The notes below the pieces were generated by a model, which saw nothing but the letters and a program-made list of their open reading frames with translations, was not told the origin of the DNA and ran no database searches. A stretch of DNA of 64,000 nucleotides, from contig OZ219866.1 in NCBI GenBank assembly GCA_964291675.2, positions 800,001 to 864,000 of the forward strand. The letters are read 5' to 3'. Numbering within the stretch: position 1 is the stretch's first letter; each line of letters starts with the position of its first letter. Source of the stretch: Alphaproteobacteria bacterium. Lineage in GTDB: Bacteria; Pseudomonadota; Alphaproteobacteria; MPNO01. Below are positions 10,549-21,327 of this stretch, piece after piece. A program made the position numbers and the translations under genes.

Positions 10549-11462
10549 TGTTCTTCGAGAGCATGCTCGAAGCAGGGGTGAGGCTGACCGTGCCGTTGCT
10601 GCTGGTCGCGCTCGGCGAGCTGATCGCCGAACGCGCCGGCGTGATCAATATCGGTCTCGAAGGCAAGATGGCGGCGGGCGCCTATGCCGGTTTCGTCGTC
10701 ATGGCGGGAACCGGCGACCCCTGGGCGGCGGCGCTCGCCGCCGTGCTGGCCGGTGCCGCCGTATCGGCGGTGATGGCGGGTGTCGCGATCTGGGGCCAGG
10801 TCAACCAGATTCTGGTCGGCTTCGCGCTCTTCATCATGGTGCCCGGGCTGGTCGCGTTCCTCTACCAGCAGCACACCACGACCCTGGTGGTCACGCCGGC
10901 GCTGGACCGCCTGTCGCTCCCCGGGCTGAGCGAGTTGCCGTTCATCGGCGGCGCGTTCTTCTCGCAGAACGGCTTCTACTACGGCGTCGTCGTGCTCTGC
11001 CTGCTGGTCTGGGTGTGGATGCACCGCACCCGCTTCGGCCTGTCCGTGTCGGCCTGCGGGCACGATCCCGAGGTCGCGCTCTCCAAGGGGATCGCGGTGC
11101 GCTGGGTCCGGACCCAGGCGACGCTCGCCTGCGGCGCGCTCGCCGGATTGGGCGGCGCGGCGCTGACCGTCGGCGCGCTGGGCTCGTTCAGCCCGGGCGT
11201 CACCGGCGGGCGGGGGTTCGTCGCGATCGCCATCGTCATACTGGGCCGCTGGAGCGTTGGCTGGACCGTGCTCGCCGCGCTGGCGATCGGGCTCTCCGAC
11301 GCGCTGAGGCTACGCCTGGGCAGCCAGGTGGACTTCCCGGTGCAGCTGCTTGCGATGCTGCCCTGGCTCGTGGTGCTGGTCATGTTGATAGCGGGCGCCC
11401 GCTTCGCGAAGATGCCCCGGGCGCTGGGTCGCAATGTCGGCGCGGCCCAGTCGGTGACCTGA
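10548..11462 (+). CDS. ABC transporter permease (nucleoside type)
   Basis: ERAGVINIGLEG, GRGFVAIA motifs; TGATG overlap with previous gene. Confidence 0.9.
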   Translation: MFFESMLEAGVRLTVPLLLVALGELIAERAGVINIGLEGKMAAGAYAGFVVMAGTGDPWAAALAAVLAGAAVSAVMAGVAIWGQVNQILVGFALFIMVPGLVAFLYQQHTTTLVVTPALDRLSLPGLSELPFIGGAFFSQNGFYYGVVVLCLLVWVWMHRTRFGLSVSACGHDPEVALSKGIAVRWVRTQATLACGALAGLGGAALTVGALGSFSPGVTGGRGFVAIAIVILGRWSVGWTVLAALAIGLSDALRLRLGSQVDFPVQLLAMLPWLVVLVMLIAGARFAKMPRALGRNVGAAQSVT

Positions 11463-11531
11463 CGGAGTCGTCATGGCCCAACTCGACCCGATACTCCCGA
11501 CCGCGCGGTCCCGCGAGACCGCGGACCGCCG

Positions 11532-13886
11532 ATGACCGTCCGTCCCAACAAGCTGATCGGCGCCCGCGTGCGCCGCCGCGAGGACCCCAAGTTCCTGCGC
11601 GGCCGGGGCCGCTACACGGGCGATGCGCAACCGCCCGGGATGCTGCATGTCGCGTTCTTCCGCAGCGACGTGCCGCACGCCAACATCGTAGACGTCGCTG
11701 TCGATCCCGCCCGCGACGTTCCCGGTGTCGTGGGCGTCTTCACCGCCGAGGACATCTCGCGGCTGGTCCGGCCCATCTCGGTCGAGGTGACCATGCCCGG
11801 CTACCAGGGTTGCGATTATCCGGTTCTCGGGCGCGACAAGGTGTGTTTCGTCGGCCAACCCGTCGCCGCGGTCGTCGCCCGGACGCGCTACGAGGCCGAG
11901 GACGGGGTGGCGGCAATCGCCGCGGAATACGAACCCCTGCCGCCGGTGATCGATGTCGACCGCGCTTCCGAGCCGGGCTCGGCGACGATTCACCCCTCGG
12001 TGCCGGACAATCTCTTCAACCACTTCACGCTCGCGGAAGGAGATGTGGAGGGGGCGTTCGCGCGGGCGGATCGCCTCGTGGAGCTGGAGATCCGGAACGG
12101 CCGCTGCGCCCAGGCGCCGCTGGAGAACCGTATCGTCGTCGCCGAGTGGGACGAGCTCTACGAAGAGCTGACGGTGACGGTCTCCCACCAGGCGCCGCAT
12201 CTCTTCCGCACCGGGCTCGCGGAATTCCTGGATCTTTCCGAATCCCGCATCCGCGTCGTCTCGCCGGATGTCGGGGGCGGGTTCGGCGGCAAGCTCACCG
12301 TCTACCCGGAGGACCTGGCGACCTGCGCGCTGTCGCGAATGGTCGGCAAGCCCGTCTGCTGGAGCTGCGACCGGCGCGAGGACCTGTTGACGACGATGCA
12401 GGGCCGCGAGCAGCTTCACCGGATCGCCGCCGCGGTCGACGACGACGGGCGGGTGCAGGGCGTTCGGGTGACGATCAAGGCCAGCAACGGCGCCTTCCCG
12501 ATCTGGCCGATGTCGGCCGGGCTGGATTCCGGCCAGGCGTCGGAGAACGTGACCGGTCCCTACGACATTTCGAACTACGAGCGCGACGTCTACGCCGTCG
12601 CCACCAACAAGGCGCCGATGGGTCCTTATCGCGGAGTCGGGCGGGTTGCGGCGTGTTTCGCCATCGAGCGCATGATGGACGAGATCGCGCACCTTCTGGA
12701 CCTCGATCCGCTCGAAGTGCGGCGGCGCAACGTGGTGCGCAACTACCCGTACACCACCCCGGCCGGGCTGCGTTTCGAGAGCGGCAGCTCGGCCGAAGCG
12801 CTGGATCAGATGGAGCGGATCCTGGATCTGGCCGCGCTGCGCGAGGAGCACGAGCGCCTGCGCGCGAGCGGGGTTTACCGCGGAGTGGGCTTTGCGGCGA
12901 TAGTCGAGCACACCGCGCTCGGGCCGGACGAGGTCTCCAGGAAGGGCATCGACATGGTGCTGGGGATGGAGTCCGCCTGCGTCCGGGTCGAGCCCGACGG
13001 GACGATCACGGCGATCATGGGCACTCACAGCCAGGGCCAGGGCCACGAAACCACCTTCGCCCAGGTGATCGCCGACGAGTTCGGCATTCCCCTGGAGCGG
13101 GTGAAGGTCCGCTTCGGCGACACCTCCGTGGTGCCCTACGGGCTCGGGACCTGGGCGAGCCGCAGCCTGGTCTATGGCGGCGGCGCGGCCGTGCTGGCGA
13201 GCCGCGACGCGATGGCGAAGGCCGTCCGGATCGCCGCGCACATTCTGAACGTCGAGCCGCTCGCGATGACGTACCGGGACGGCGCCGTCGTGCTCCGCGA
13301 TGACGCTGCTACCGCCATGACGCTCGAGGAGATCGCGCGCATCGCCAACCACCGCGCCAACCGGCTACCCGAAGACATCGATCCCGGTATCGAGGCGACG
13401 CGCCGCTACCGCGCGCCCGATCCGGGAACCTTTTCCAACGCGCTGCACGCCGCCGTGGTCGAAGTCGATCCGCGGACCGGCGCCGTCGACATCCTCCGCT
13501 ACGTCGTGATCGAGGATTGCGGCACGGTGGTCAATCCGACGATCGTCGAGGGCCAGCTGCATGGCGGCATCGCGCAGGGCATCGGCCAAGCGCTCTACGA
13601 GCATGCCGTCTACGACGAAGAAGGCCACCCGCGCGCGGTGACTCTTGCCGACTACGTGATCCCCGCGGCCGGCAGCATGCCGCGGATCGAAATCCATCAC
13701 CGGGAGAGTCCCTCGCCTCGCAGCATCGGCGGGTTCAAGGGCATGGGAGAAGGCGGCGCCGTGAACCCGCCGGCCGCGATCGCCAACGCCGTGACCGATG
13801 CGCTCAGGCCCTTCGGGATCAAGGCGAACCGCACGCCTATCCAGCCGGGCTGGATCGTCGGTGCCGTGACCGCGGCGCAGGCGTAG
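11532..13886 (+). CDS. Xanthine dehydrogenase-family molybdopterin-binding large subunit (CoxL/CutL-like)
   Basis: RREDPKFL, DVGGGFGGK, PYRGVG active-site loop, GQGHET, KGMGE. Confidence 0.92.
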   Translation: MTVRPNKLIGARVRRREDPKFLRGRGRYTGDAQPPGMLHVAFFRSDVPHANIVDVAVDPARDVPGVVGVFTAEDISRLVRPISVEVTMPGYQGCDYPVLGRDKVCFVGQPVAAVVARTRYEAEDGVAAIAAEYEPLPPVIDVDRASEPGSATIHPSVPDNLFNHFTLAEGDVEGAFARADRLVELEIRNGRCAQAPLENRIVVAEWDELYEELTVTVSHQAPHLFRTGLAEFLDLSESRIRVVSPDVGGGFGGKLTVYPEDLATCALSRMVGKPVCWSCDRREDLLTTMQGREQLHRIAAAVDDDGRVQGVRVTIKASNGAFPIWPMSAGLDSGQASENVTGPYDISNYERDVYAVATNKAPMGPYRGVGRVAACFAIERMMDEIAHLLDLDPLEVRRRNVVRNYPYTTPAGLRFESGSSAEALDQMERILDLAALREEHERLRASGVYRGVGFAAIVEHTALGPDEVSRKGIDMVLGMESACVRVEPDGTITAIMGTHSQGQGHETTFAQVIADEFGIPLERVKVRFGDTSVVPYGLGTWASRSLVYGGGAAVLASRDAMAKAVRIAAHILNVEPLAMTYRDGAVVLRDDAATAMTLEEIARIANHRANRLPEDIDPGIEATRRYRAPDPGTFSNALHAAVVEVDPRTGAVDILRYVVIEDCGTVVNPTIVEGQLHGGIAQGIGQALYEHAVYDEEGHPRAVTLADYVIPAAGSMPRIEIHHRESPSPRSIGGFKGMGEGGAVNPPAAIANAVTDALRPFGIKANRTPIQPGWIVGAVTAAQA

Positions 13887-14043
13887 CCGAGCGGAGACGA
13901 CGGGCAGGCGCCTGCGGGGCGCCATGCGATTCTTCCGGTCGGGAACGGTCGTCGCCAATCGGGCGGCCGGCGCGAGGGTCTCCTGAAGAACCCGGGGAGC
14001 GTCGGGCGATTCGGGGCTGACCGGCGCGGTGCGAAAAAGGGGA

Positions 14044-14119
14044 TGGTGCCGCCTGTAGGACTCGAACCTACGACCCCCGCATTACGAATGCGATGCTCTA
14101 CCAGCTGAGCTAAGGCGGC
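14044..14119 (-). tRNA. tRNA-Thr (anticodon CGT)
   Basis: Reverse complement GCCGCCTTAGCTCAGCTGGTAGAGCATCGCATT-CGT-AATGCGGGGGTCGTAGGTTCGAGTCCTACAGGCGGCACCA; 76 nt with CCA end. Confidence 0.97.
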
Positions 14120-14165
14120 GGCTGGGTGGTGTTACAGCAAATCGCCCGGCCGGTCCATATCGGGG

Positions 14166-15575
14166 TCAGCGTCGCGCCGGGCGGGTCTCTGCGAAGGCGG
14201 CGTCTTCCGCCGGCACGGGCACCGGGGCCTCGACCAGCGCGGTGTCCCGGGCCTCGGACTCCGCCGGACCCGCCTCGCGGACGTGCTCGGGCGTCGCCCA
14301 GGCGAGGCTCGCGAAGGCCTCGCAGCGCCCGCAGACCGGCGTCCAGTGGCGCCATGCCGCGCCGCAGTCGCCGCACACCCAGGCCCGGTCCGGCACCGCG
14401 GCGGCGGCCGCCAGCAGCCAGCGCCTCGCCGCCTCGGTGTCGCCGTGCTCGGCCTCCTCGGCGTCGGCGCGCAGCCGGCAGAGCCTGGCGTCGCGCCGCC
14501 CGGCGGCCTCGGCCTGGTCGAAATGCCGGCGCGCGGTGGCCCACAGCCCGGCTTCCACCGCGGCGGCGGCGAGCGCGAGATGGCTCTCGGCGTGGCTCGC
14601 GTTATGCGCCGCCAGCCGTTCCATCCGCCGCATCCGGGCGATCGCGTCGTCCTCGCCGTTGATCGTGAGGTAGAGCCGGGCGAGCTCCGGATGCGGGGTG
14701 TGCGCCCAGGCGTCCTGGATCAGCCGCGCCGCCTGGCGCCTGCGCCCGCCGCCGATCAGCAGCCCGGCCTGGCGCAGCGTGGCGGGCAGGAAGTCGGGGT
14801 CGAGGCTGCCGGCGCGCCGGGCGAAGTCGAGCGCCGCCCTGGCCTCGCCCGCCTCCCCCGCGGCGCCCGAGCAGGCGAGCAGTACCACCACCCGGCGCCG
14901 CCTGCCGTCCTCGCCGGTGAGGATGCCGTGCCGGATCGCCGCCTCCAGCGTGGTCAGCGCCTCGCGCCACAGATTGCACCGGATCTGCAGGTCCATCAGC
15001 GTGGTCGCGGCCCAGGGCGTTTTGGGCCGGATCGCGTAGGCGCGCCGCGCATAGTCGAGCGCCGCCGCCTCGTCGCCCTCCTTGCGCGCGGCGAGGACCA
15101 GCCCGCGCAGCCCGAGAAAGGCGGTCTCCGGCTGCTCCAGCATGTCGGCGAAGTGCCTGCGCGCCGCCGCCTCGTCGCCGACCAGCTGGGCCGCCTGCGC
15201 GGTGAGCAGCTTGGTGAGCGGCGGATCGCCGAGCAGCTTCTCGGCCCGCGCGGCGAGCTTGCGCGCCTCCTCGCCCTCCCCGGCCGCCACCGCGACCAGC
15301 CCCCGCGTCAGCGTGCGGTAGCCCTTCTCGCGCCGCGCCATGCGCCGCCAGAACAGGAGCCTGCGCGGCACCCGCCACACCGCCCAGGCGGCGCGGTAGA
15401 GGATCGCCGCGGCGACCGCGATCGCGGCGATGGCGCCGATCAGCAGCGCGACCGTCGAATCCACCCGCCAGCCGCGCCATTCGAGGATGAGCGTCCCCGG
15501 GTTGTCGGCAAGCCAGGTGGCGGCGGCGATCAGCGCGGCGATGGCGACCGCCCAGACGATCAGGCGGCGCGTCAT
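14166..15575 (-). CDS. hemY: HemY-like TPR membrane protein (HemY_N domain)
   Basis: WLADNPG N-terminus, helical repeats, WVCGDCG...CGRC C-terminal zinc ribbon; hemC-hemD-COG4223-hemY synteny. Confidence 0.88.
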   Translation of the reverse strand: MTRRLIVWAVAIAALIAAATWLADNPGTLILEWRGWRVDSTVALLIGAIAAIAVAAAILYRAAWAVWRVPRRLLFWRRMARREKGYRTLTRGLVAVAAGEGEEARKLAARAEKLLGDPPLTKLLTAQAAQLVGDEAAARRHFADMLEQPETAFLGLRGLVLAARKEGDEAAALDYARRAYAIRPKTPWAATTLMDLQIRCNLWREALTTLEAAIRHGILTGEDGRRRRVVVLLACSGAAGEAGEARAALDFARRAGSLDPDFLPATLRQAGLLIGGGRRRQAARLIQDAWAHTPHPELARLYLTINGEDDAIARMRRMERLAAHNASHAESHLALAAAAVEAGLWATARRHFDQAEAAGRRDARLCRLRADAEEAEHGDTEAARRWLLAAAAAVPDRAWVCGDCGAAWRHWTPVCGRCEAFASLAWATPEHVREAGPAESEARDTALVEAPVPVPAEDAAFAETRPARR

Positions 15576-16813
15576 CCCCCGCCCCCCTCGGCGAAACGCG
15601 CGACCGCCAGGCTGCCGAGCCGGGCGATCGCCGCATCGGCCGCCGCGCGCGCCGCCGCCGCCCGGCGCCAGTCGCCGAACACCCGGGCGGGGGCGCCGTC
15701 GAGCGCATCGAGCATCTCGGCCGCGGCGGCGAGGTCGCCCACGGCGAGCCGGACCTCGGCGCGCGCGACCACCGCGAGCGCGCCCTCGCCCTCGTCGGCC
15801 CCCTCGCCCACCCGGCGGACCGTCACCACGCGGGACAGGCGGGCGGCGGTGCGGTCGAGCCAGTCGCCGTCCTCGGGGGCGAGGGCTGCCTGCGCCGCCC
15901 GGGCGGCGAGCGCCGGGAATTCGCTCTCCAGCGCGGCGCGGGTCGGCACGCCGTCGGGCGCCAGGAGGGTGAGCGGTGCCGCGGCCTCCGCGATGGTGGC
16001 GTCGCCGCCCGCCGCAGCGAGCACCAGCCGGAGCTCGGCATCGAAGGGGCGCGATCCCGAAGCGGCCGCGCGCAGCTGACCGACGGCGAGCAGCAGGGCA
16101 TCCCCCTTGCGTGTCCCTTCGGCCGCGGCGAGGCGCTTCAGCTCGGCCTCGATCCCGTCGACCCGGGAGCCGGCCGCCCGAACCCGGTCGGCCAGCTCCG
16201 GATCGCCCGCGGCTTCGAGCGCCGCCTCCAATCGCGCGATCCGCGCCTCCATTCGGGCGAGCGCGTCGTCGGTGCGCGCATCCGCCGCCGGCGTTCCCCC
16301 CGCGGACGGCGGAGCGGCAGCCAGCGCAGCGATCCGGCTGGCCAGCGCGTCGACCCGTTGCGCCAGCGGCGCGATGCGCGCATCCGGCGGCGGGGGGCGC
16401 GGCGCCGGGCGGGTTTCGAGCGCCGCGATGCGCTTCCCCAGCCGCGCGGCGTCCGAATGCGGCATTGCGGCAGCCGCCGTGGCCGCGGCCGCGGCGATCC
16501 GTCCGTCGAGCCGGGCGACCGTGCTCTCCAGCGCCTCTACGCGCATGGCGAGCCGGGTCAGCGCCGGGTCCGGCGGGGTCTCGCCGCCCGCAAAGATCTC
16601 CGTCACCGCGCGCGGCATGACGGTTTCGATCACCGGCCAGCCGATGACCATGGCAGCGACCGCGACGACCGCCCCCGCCGCCCACATCGCCCGGCGCCGC
16701 CAGCGCGCGAGCGGCGGATCGGCACCGGCGCCCCAGGGCTGCGGATCGTTCCGGTTCCCGGTCTCGGTCGCCGCATCGTCCGGCGGCTCGATCGATGGAT
16801 CGCGTTCGGCCAT
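15572..16813 (-). CDS. COG4223 / mitofilin (alphaMic60)-like membrane protein
   Basis: TM helix, coiled coil, C-terminal GxPF...GVPT...VTVRR domain; position between hemD and hemY. Confidence 0.82.
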   Translation of the reverse strand: MAERDPSIEPPDDAATETGNRNDPQPWGAGADPPLARWRRRAMWAAGAVVAVAAMVIGWPVIETVMPRAVTEIFAGGETPPDPALTRLAMRVEALESTVARLDGRIAAAAATAAAAMPHSDAARLGKRIAALETRPAPRPPPPDARIAPLAQRVDALASRIAALAAAPPSAGGTPAADARTDDALARMEARIARLEAALEAAGDPELADRVRAAGSRVDGIEAELKRLAAAEGTRKGDALLLAVGQLRAAASGSRPFDAELRLVLAAAGGDATIAEAAAPLTLLAPDGVPTRAALESEFPALAARAAQAALAPEDGDWLDRTAARLSRVVTVRRVGEGADEGEGALAVVARAEVRLAVGDLAAAAEMLDALDGAPARVFGDWRRAAAARAAADAAIARLGSLAVARFAEGGGG

Positions 16814-16814
16814 G

Positions 16815-17567
16815 TCAGACGCCCATCCCGTCTTCCTGCCGCCGGTCCTCCAGCGCCGCCGCGACCGCCGCCAGCAACGATTCGAGCTCTGGCCGGGCGG
16901 CGCGCCGGACCGCGCGCCAGGGGAGCGCCGCCGCCGCCTCGGCGACCCGGGCGGACAGGCAGATCGCCGCGATGCGGGCGCACCAGGCTTCCGATCCGTC
17001 CCGCCCCAGCGTGCCGGCGAAGGCCCGGGCCGCGCCGGCGGAGAAGAACAGTGCGAGCGCGATGCCGCCCGCGGCGAGAAGCGCGCGGACGCCGACGGGC
17101 AGCGGCAGCGGCACCGTCCGGTAGAGCGCCTCCGGCGCGGCGTCGAAGCCTTTGTCGGCCAGCGCCCGGCACAGCGCGTCCCCGGCCGCCTCGCCGGCGG
17201 CATGCACCAGCCTGCCGCAGGCAGGATCGAGCATCCGGGCGGCGAGGCGGGCGAGGTCGCACGCATCGCCGCCCGCGCTCGCCACCGGGCGGAAACCCGC
17301 CGCGCGGGCGAGCGCGGCGGTGGCGTCGCCGACCGCGAGCACGGGGATGTCGCGCGCCGCCGTCGCGCCGGCGAGCGCGCGCACCCCGTTGCGGCTGGTC
17401 GCGAGCAGGCTCTGCACGCCGTCGAGATCGAGCGGCGGACGCGCCGCGATCTCGATCCTGGTCGCCGGCGCGACGACCGGCTCGATCCCCATCGCCGCCA
17501 GCCGCGCAGCGGTCTCGGCCGCGTCCTCGGCGGGCCGGGTCACCAGAGCGCGCAGCGGTTCGGCCAT
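16815..17567 (-). CDS. hemD: Uroporphyrinogen-III synthase
   Basis: LVTRP, TSRNGV, AVGDATA motifs; downstream of hemC. Confidence 0.9.
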   Translation of the reverse strand: MAEPLRALVTRPAEDAAETAARLAAMGIEPVVAPATRIEIAARPPLDLDGVQSLLATSRNGVRALAGATAARDIPVLAVGDATAALARAAGFRPVASAGGDACDLARLAARMLDPACGRLVHAAGEAAGDALCRALADKGFDAAPEALYRTVPLPLPVGVRALLAAGGIALALFFSAGAARAFAGTLGRDGSEAWCARIAAICLSARVAEAAAALPWRAVRRAARPELESLLAAVAAALEDRRQEDGMGV

Positions 17568-17574
17568 CGCCGCC

Positions 17575-18516
17575 TCACCCGCCCGCGAAATGGGCCGGGG
17601 TGGCGCGGGCGCGGAGCTCGCGCGCCGCATCGGCGCCGAGCGCCGCCGCATCCGCCCGTCCGCCGCCGCGCACGGCCTCCAGCAGCTCCGCGCCGTCCGG
17701 GCGGACCAGGATGGCGCGCAGCGAGATCGCCTCCTCCCGCGGCACGGCAAGCGCGGCGATCGGCGTTCGGCAGGACCCGTCGAGCCCGGCGAGCAGGGCG
17801 CGCTCGGCGGCGGCGGCGTCCGCGCTCTCGGCATCGTCGATGGCGCGCAACCGCTCGCGGACGGCGGCGTCGCCGGCGCGGCATTCGATGCCGACGATCC
17901 CCTGGCACACGGCGGGCAGCATCTCGTCAGGCTGTAGCACGGCGTGCGCCTTGTCGGCGAGGCCGAGGCGGTGGAGCCCGGCGAGCGCCAACAGGGTGGC
18001 ATCCGCCTCGCCCGCCGCGAGCTTGCGCAGCCGGGTCTCGACATTGCCGCGGAACGGGATTACGGCGAAGTCGGGGCGGGCATGGCGCAGCAGCGCGCCG
18101 CGCCTGAGCGAAGCGGTGCCCACCCTGGCCCCTTGCGCGAGACCGGCGAGACCGTCCGCTCCGGCATCCGCGTCGGCCGCGATCAGGACATCGCGCGGGT
18201 CGGCGCGCGGCAGCATTGCGCCGATCGCGAGCCCGTCCGGCAGACGGGTCGGCATGTCCTTCATCGAATGGACCGCGATGTCGATCCGCCCGTCCAGAAG
18301 GGCCTCCTCGATCTCCTTGGTGAACAGCCCCTTGCCGCCGATCGCGGCGAGCGGGCCCTGCAACATGCGGTCGCCCGTGGTATGGATGGCCTCGAAGACG
18401 ATCGCGCCCGGCTCGCGCAGCGCGGGATCGGCCGCGGCCAGGCGGCGGCCCACCTCGTCGGCCTGCGCCCGGGCGAGCGGGCTGGCACGTGTTCCGATCC
18501 TGATCCGTGCGCTCAT
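17575..18516 (-). CDS. hemC: Hydroxymethylbilane synthase
   Basis: IGTRASPLA, GGKGLFTKE, VHSMKD, GTASLRR, GSCRTPI. Confidence 0.97.
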   Translation of the reverse strand: MSARIRIGTRASPLARAQADEVGRRLAAADPALREPGAIVFEAIHTTGDRMLQGPLAAIGGKGLFTKEIEEALLDGRIDIAVHSMKDMPTRLPDGLAIGAMLPRADPRDVLIAADADAGADGLAGLAQGARVGTASLRRGALLRHARPDFAVIPFRGNVETRLRKLAAGEADATLLALAGLHRLGLADKAHAVLQPDEMLPAVCQGIVGIECRAGDAAVRERLRAIDDAESADAAAAERALLAGLDGSCRTPIAALAVPREEAISLRAILVRPDGAELLEAVRGGGRADAAALGADAARELRARATPAHFAGG

Positions 18517-18602
18517 CGCGGACCGCATAGAATGGGAAATGGGATCATAGGCGAATCGATGTCAAACAACGCCGACAAGCTGCGCAGGGCACGCGCCGCC
18601 CG

Positions 18603-19637
18603 ATGAGCCTGGTGCTCGGCATCGAGACGAGCTGCGACGAGACCGCGGCGGCGGTGGTCGACGACCGGCGGAGAATCCTCGCCGACGTGGTGCGCGGCCA
18701 GCTCGACGCCCACCGGGACTATGGCGGGGTGGTGCCGGAGATCGCCGCGCGCGCCCATCTCGAGGCGGTCGACCTCGTGGTCGCGCGGGCCATGAAGGAT
18801 GCCGGGATCGGTTTCGATGCGCTCGACGGGGTGGCGGCGACCGCCGGGCCCGGGCTGATCGGCGGCGTCATCGTCGGCGCGATGACCGGAAAGGCGATCG
18901 CCGCCGCGCACGACCTGCCGTTCCTCGCGGTCAACCATCTCGAAGCCCATGTGCTGACGGCGCGGCTGACCGATGCGGTCGACTTCCCCTATCTCGCGCT
19001 GCTGGTCTCGGGCGGACACTGCCAGTTCGTCGCGGTCGCGGGCGTCGGGCGCCACCGCCTGCTCGGTTCGACGGTCGACGACGCGGCGGGCGAGGCGTTC
19101 GACAAGGTGGGCAAGATGCTGGGGCTCGGCTATCCCGGCGGGCCGGCGGTCGAGCGCGCGGCGGCGGGCGGCGATCCCGCGCGCTTCGCCCTGCCCCGTC
19201 CGCTGCGCGGCAGGCCGGGCTGCGATTTCTCCTTCTCCGGCCTCAAGACCGCCCTGCGCCACGCCGTCGAGGCGCTGCCGCCGGGCCCGCTCGCGGACGC
19301 CGACATCGCCGATCTCTGCGCCGGCTTCCAGGAGGCGGTGGCCGATGCGATGGCCGACCGCACCGCGAACGCGATCGCGCTCTTCCGCCGTCAGTGCCCC
19401 GGCGGGGAGACCCTGGTGGCCGTCGGCGGGGTCGCGGCCAACCAGGCCCTGCGCACCCGTATCGAGAGCGTCGCGCAAGAGCACGGCCTGGCCTTCGTCG
19501 CGCCGCCGCCGCGGCTCTGCACCGACAACGCGGCGATGGTCGCCTGGGCCGGGATCGAGCGCCTCGCGCTCGGCCTCGCCGACGGGCTCGACTTCGCCCC
19601 CCGCCCGCGCTGGCCGCTAGAAGAGCTCGCCGGATGA
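18603..19637 (+). CDS. tsaD: tRNA N6-adenosine threonylcarbamoyltransferase
   Basis: [44 protein letters not shown]. Confidence 0.97.
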   Translation: MSLVLGIETSCDETAAAVVDDRRRILADVVRGQLDAHRDYGGVVPEIAARAHLEAVDLVVARAMKDAGIGFDALDGVAATAGPGLIGGVIVGAMTGKAIAAAHDLPFLAVNHLEAHVLTARLTDAVDFPYLALLVSGGHCQFVAVAGVGRHRLLGSTVDDAAGEAFDKVGKMLGLGYPGGPAVERAAAGGDPARFALPRPLRGRPGCDFSFSGLKTALRHAVEALPPGPLADADIADLCAGFQEAVADAMADRTANAIALFRRQCPGGETLVAVGGVAANQALRTRIESVAQEHGLAFVAPPPRLCTDNAAMVAWAGIERLALGLADGLDFAPRPRWPLEELAG

Positions 19638-20842
19638 CCGGCCCGCTCGACGGTTTTCGCGTGCTCGACCTGAGCTCGGTCGTGCTCGGCCCCTTCGCCA
19701 CCCAGGTGCTGGGCGACCTCGGCGCCGAGGTGATCAAGATCGAGTCCCCGGAAGGCGACACCACGCGCAGCACTGGGCCCGGCCGCTCGCCCGGCATGGC
19801 GGCGCTGTTCATGGGGGTCAACCGGAACAAGCGCTCGGTCGTGCTCGACCTCAAGCAGGCGGCGGCCCGGGACGCGCTGTGGCGGCTGATCGACGGCGCC
19901 GACGTGTTTCTCCACTCGATCCGCCCGCAGAAGCTCGCCCGGCTCGGCTTCGGCCACGAGAGCGTGTGCGCGCGCAACCCGCGCATCGTCTATGCCGGGC
20001 TGCACGGCTACCGCACCGACGGCCCCTATGGCGGCCAGCCCGCCTATGACGACGTGATTCAGGGGCGCAGCGGCAGCGCCGATCTGATGGCCCGGCTGGT
20101 CGGCGAACCGCGCTACATGCCGACCATCATGGCCGACAAGACCTGCGCCCTGGTCGCCGCCTATGCGGTGATCGCCGCCCTGCTTCAGCGCGAGCGCAGC
20201 GGAAGCGGCCAGTTCGTCGAGATCCCGATGTTCGAGACCATGGCCGCGTTCAACCTGACCGAACACATCTACGGCCGCGCCTTCGACCCGGCCGAGGCGG
20301 AGATGGGCTACCCGAGGGTGCTGGTGCCGTGGCGCCGCCCCTACCCCACGGCGGACGGCTATATCTGCATGCTCGCCTATACCGACGAGCAATGGCGCCG
20401 CTTCTGGCGCGAGGTCGGCCGGCCGGAGCTGATCGACGATCCGCGGTTCGACTCGCTCAAGAGCCGGAGCGACAACATCGACGAGGTCTACCGCACCGCC
20501 GGGGAATGCCTGAAGGGGCGGGGCAGCGCGGAATGGGCGGCGGTCTTCGAGCGCCTGGAGATCCCCGCCGCCCCGGTGACCTCGCTGGAAGGGCTGATGC
20601 AGGACCCGCATCTTGACGCGGTCGGGTTCTTCCAGCGCCGCACCCATCCGAGCGAGGGCGGGGTGGTGTTGACCGACCCGCCGGTCCGGTTCTCCGCGAA
20701 CGGGGCGGGAATCCGGCGGCTGCAGCCGCGGCTCGGCGAGCATTCCGCCGAGGTGCTGGAAGAGGCCGGGCTGGACGAAGCCGAGATCGCCGCGTTGTTC
20801 GCCGCCGGCGCCTCCATCGACGGGCGAGCGCAAGGAGAGTGA
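19634..20842 (+). CDS. CaiB/BaiF family III CoA-transferase
   Basis: [37 protein letters not shown]. Confidence 0.92.
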   Translation: MTGPLDGFRVLDLSSVVLGPFATQVLGDLGAEVIKIESPEGDTTRSTGPGRSPGMAALFMGVNRNKRSVVLDLKQAAARDALWRLIDGADVFLHSIRPQKLARLGFGHESVCARNPRIVYAGLHGYRTDGPYGGQPAYDDVIQGRSGSADLMARLVGEPRYMPTIMADKTCALVAAYAVIAALLQRERSGSGQFVEIPMFETMAAFNLTEHIYGRAFDPAEAEMGYPRVLVPWRRPYPTADGYICMLAYTDEQWRRFWREVGRPELIDDPRFDSLKSRSDNIDEVYRTAGECLKGRGSAEWAAVFERLEIPAAPVTSLEGLMQDPHLDAVGFFQRRTHPSEGGVVLTDPPVRFSANGAGIRRLQPRLGEHSAEVLEEAGLDEAEIAALFAAGASIDGRAQGE

Positions 20843-20843
20843 G

Positions 20844-21314
20844 ATGAAGACCATCGGCATCGGCTTCTACTGGGACGAGCTCGCCATCGGCGACCGCTTC
20901 CGCACGCTGAACCGGACCATCACCGAGCCCGACATCGTGGGCTTCATCGGGGTCACCGGCATGGTCGAGACGATCTTCACCGACCTCTCGTTCAGCGAGT
21001 CGGGGCACGGCGCGATCCAGGGCCGGGTGGTGCCGGCGGCCTGCACCTACACCATCATCGAGGGGCTCTTGTGCCAGTCGGCGATGCAGACCACCGGGCT
21101 CGCGCTGCTCGAGGTAGAGAAGAAGGTGCTGAAACCCGTCTTCGCCGGCGACACCGTCCACGCCGAGGTCGAGGTCACCGCGATCCGCCCGACCAGCAAG
21201 GGCAACCGGGGCATCGTGACCACGACCAACGACGTGATCAACCAGAAGGGCGACACGGTGATTTCCTACCGCGCCGTCCGCATGATGGCGGGCAGGCCGG
21301 AGGACGGGGGATAG
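20844..21314 (+). CDS. MaoC-family dehydratase
   Basis: RTITEPD, PVFAGDT, NQKG hot-dog-fold motifs. Confidence 0.85.
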   Translation: MKTIGIGFYWDELAIGDRFRTLNRTITEPDIVGFIGVTGMVETIFTDLSFSESGHGAIQGRVVPAACTYTIIEGLLCQSAMQTTGLALLEVEKKVLKPVFAGDTVHAEVEVTAIRPTSKGNRGIVTTTNDVINQKGDTVISYRAVRMMAGRPEDGG

Positions 21315-21327
21315 CGCGGCCGCCCGC

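Noticed and set aside
11532-13886. Aerobic CO dehydrogenase CoxL
   Set aside because: The active-site loop is PYRGVG rather than AYxCSFR, and there are no coxS/M or accessory genes.
1613-14043. Integrative element at the tRNA-Thr 3' end
   Set aside because: No integrase and no same-orientation duplicate of the tRNA 3' end found; GGCGGCACCA at about 5929 is in the opposite orientation and inside pobA.
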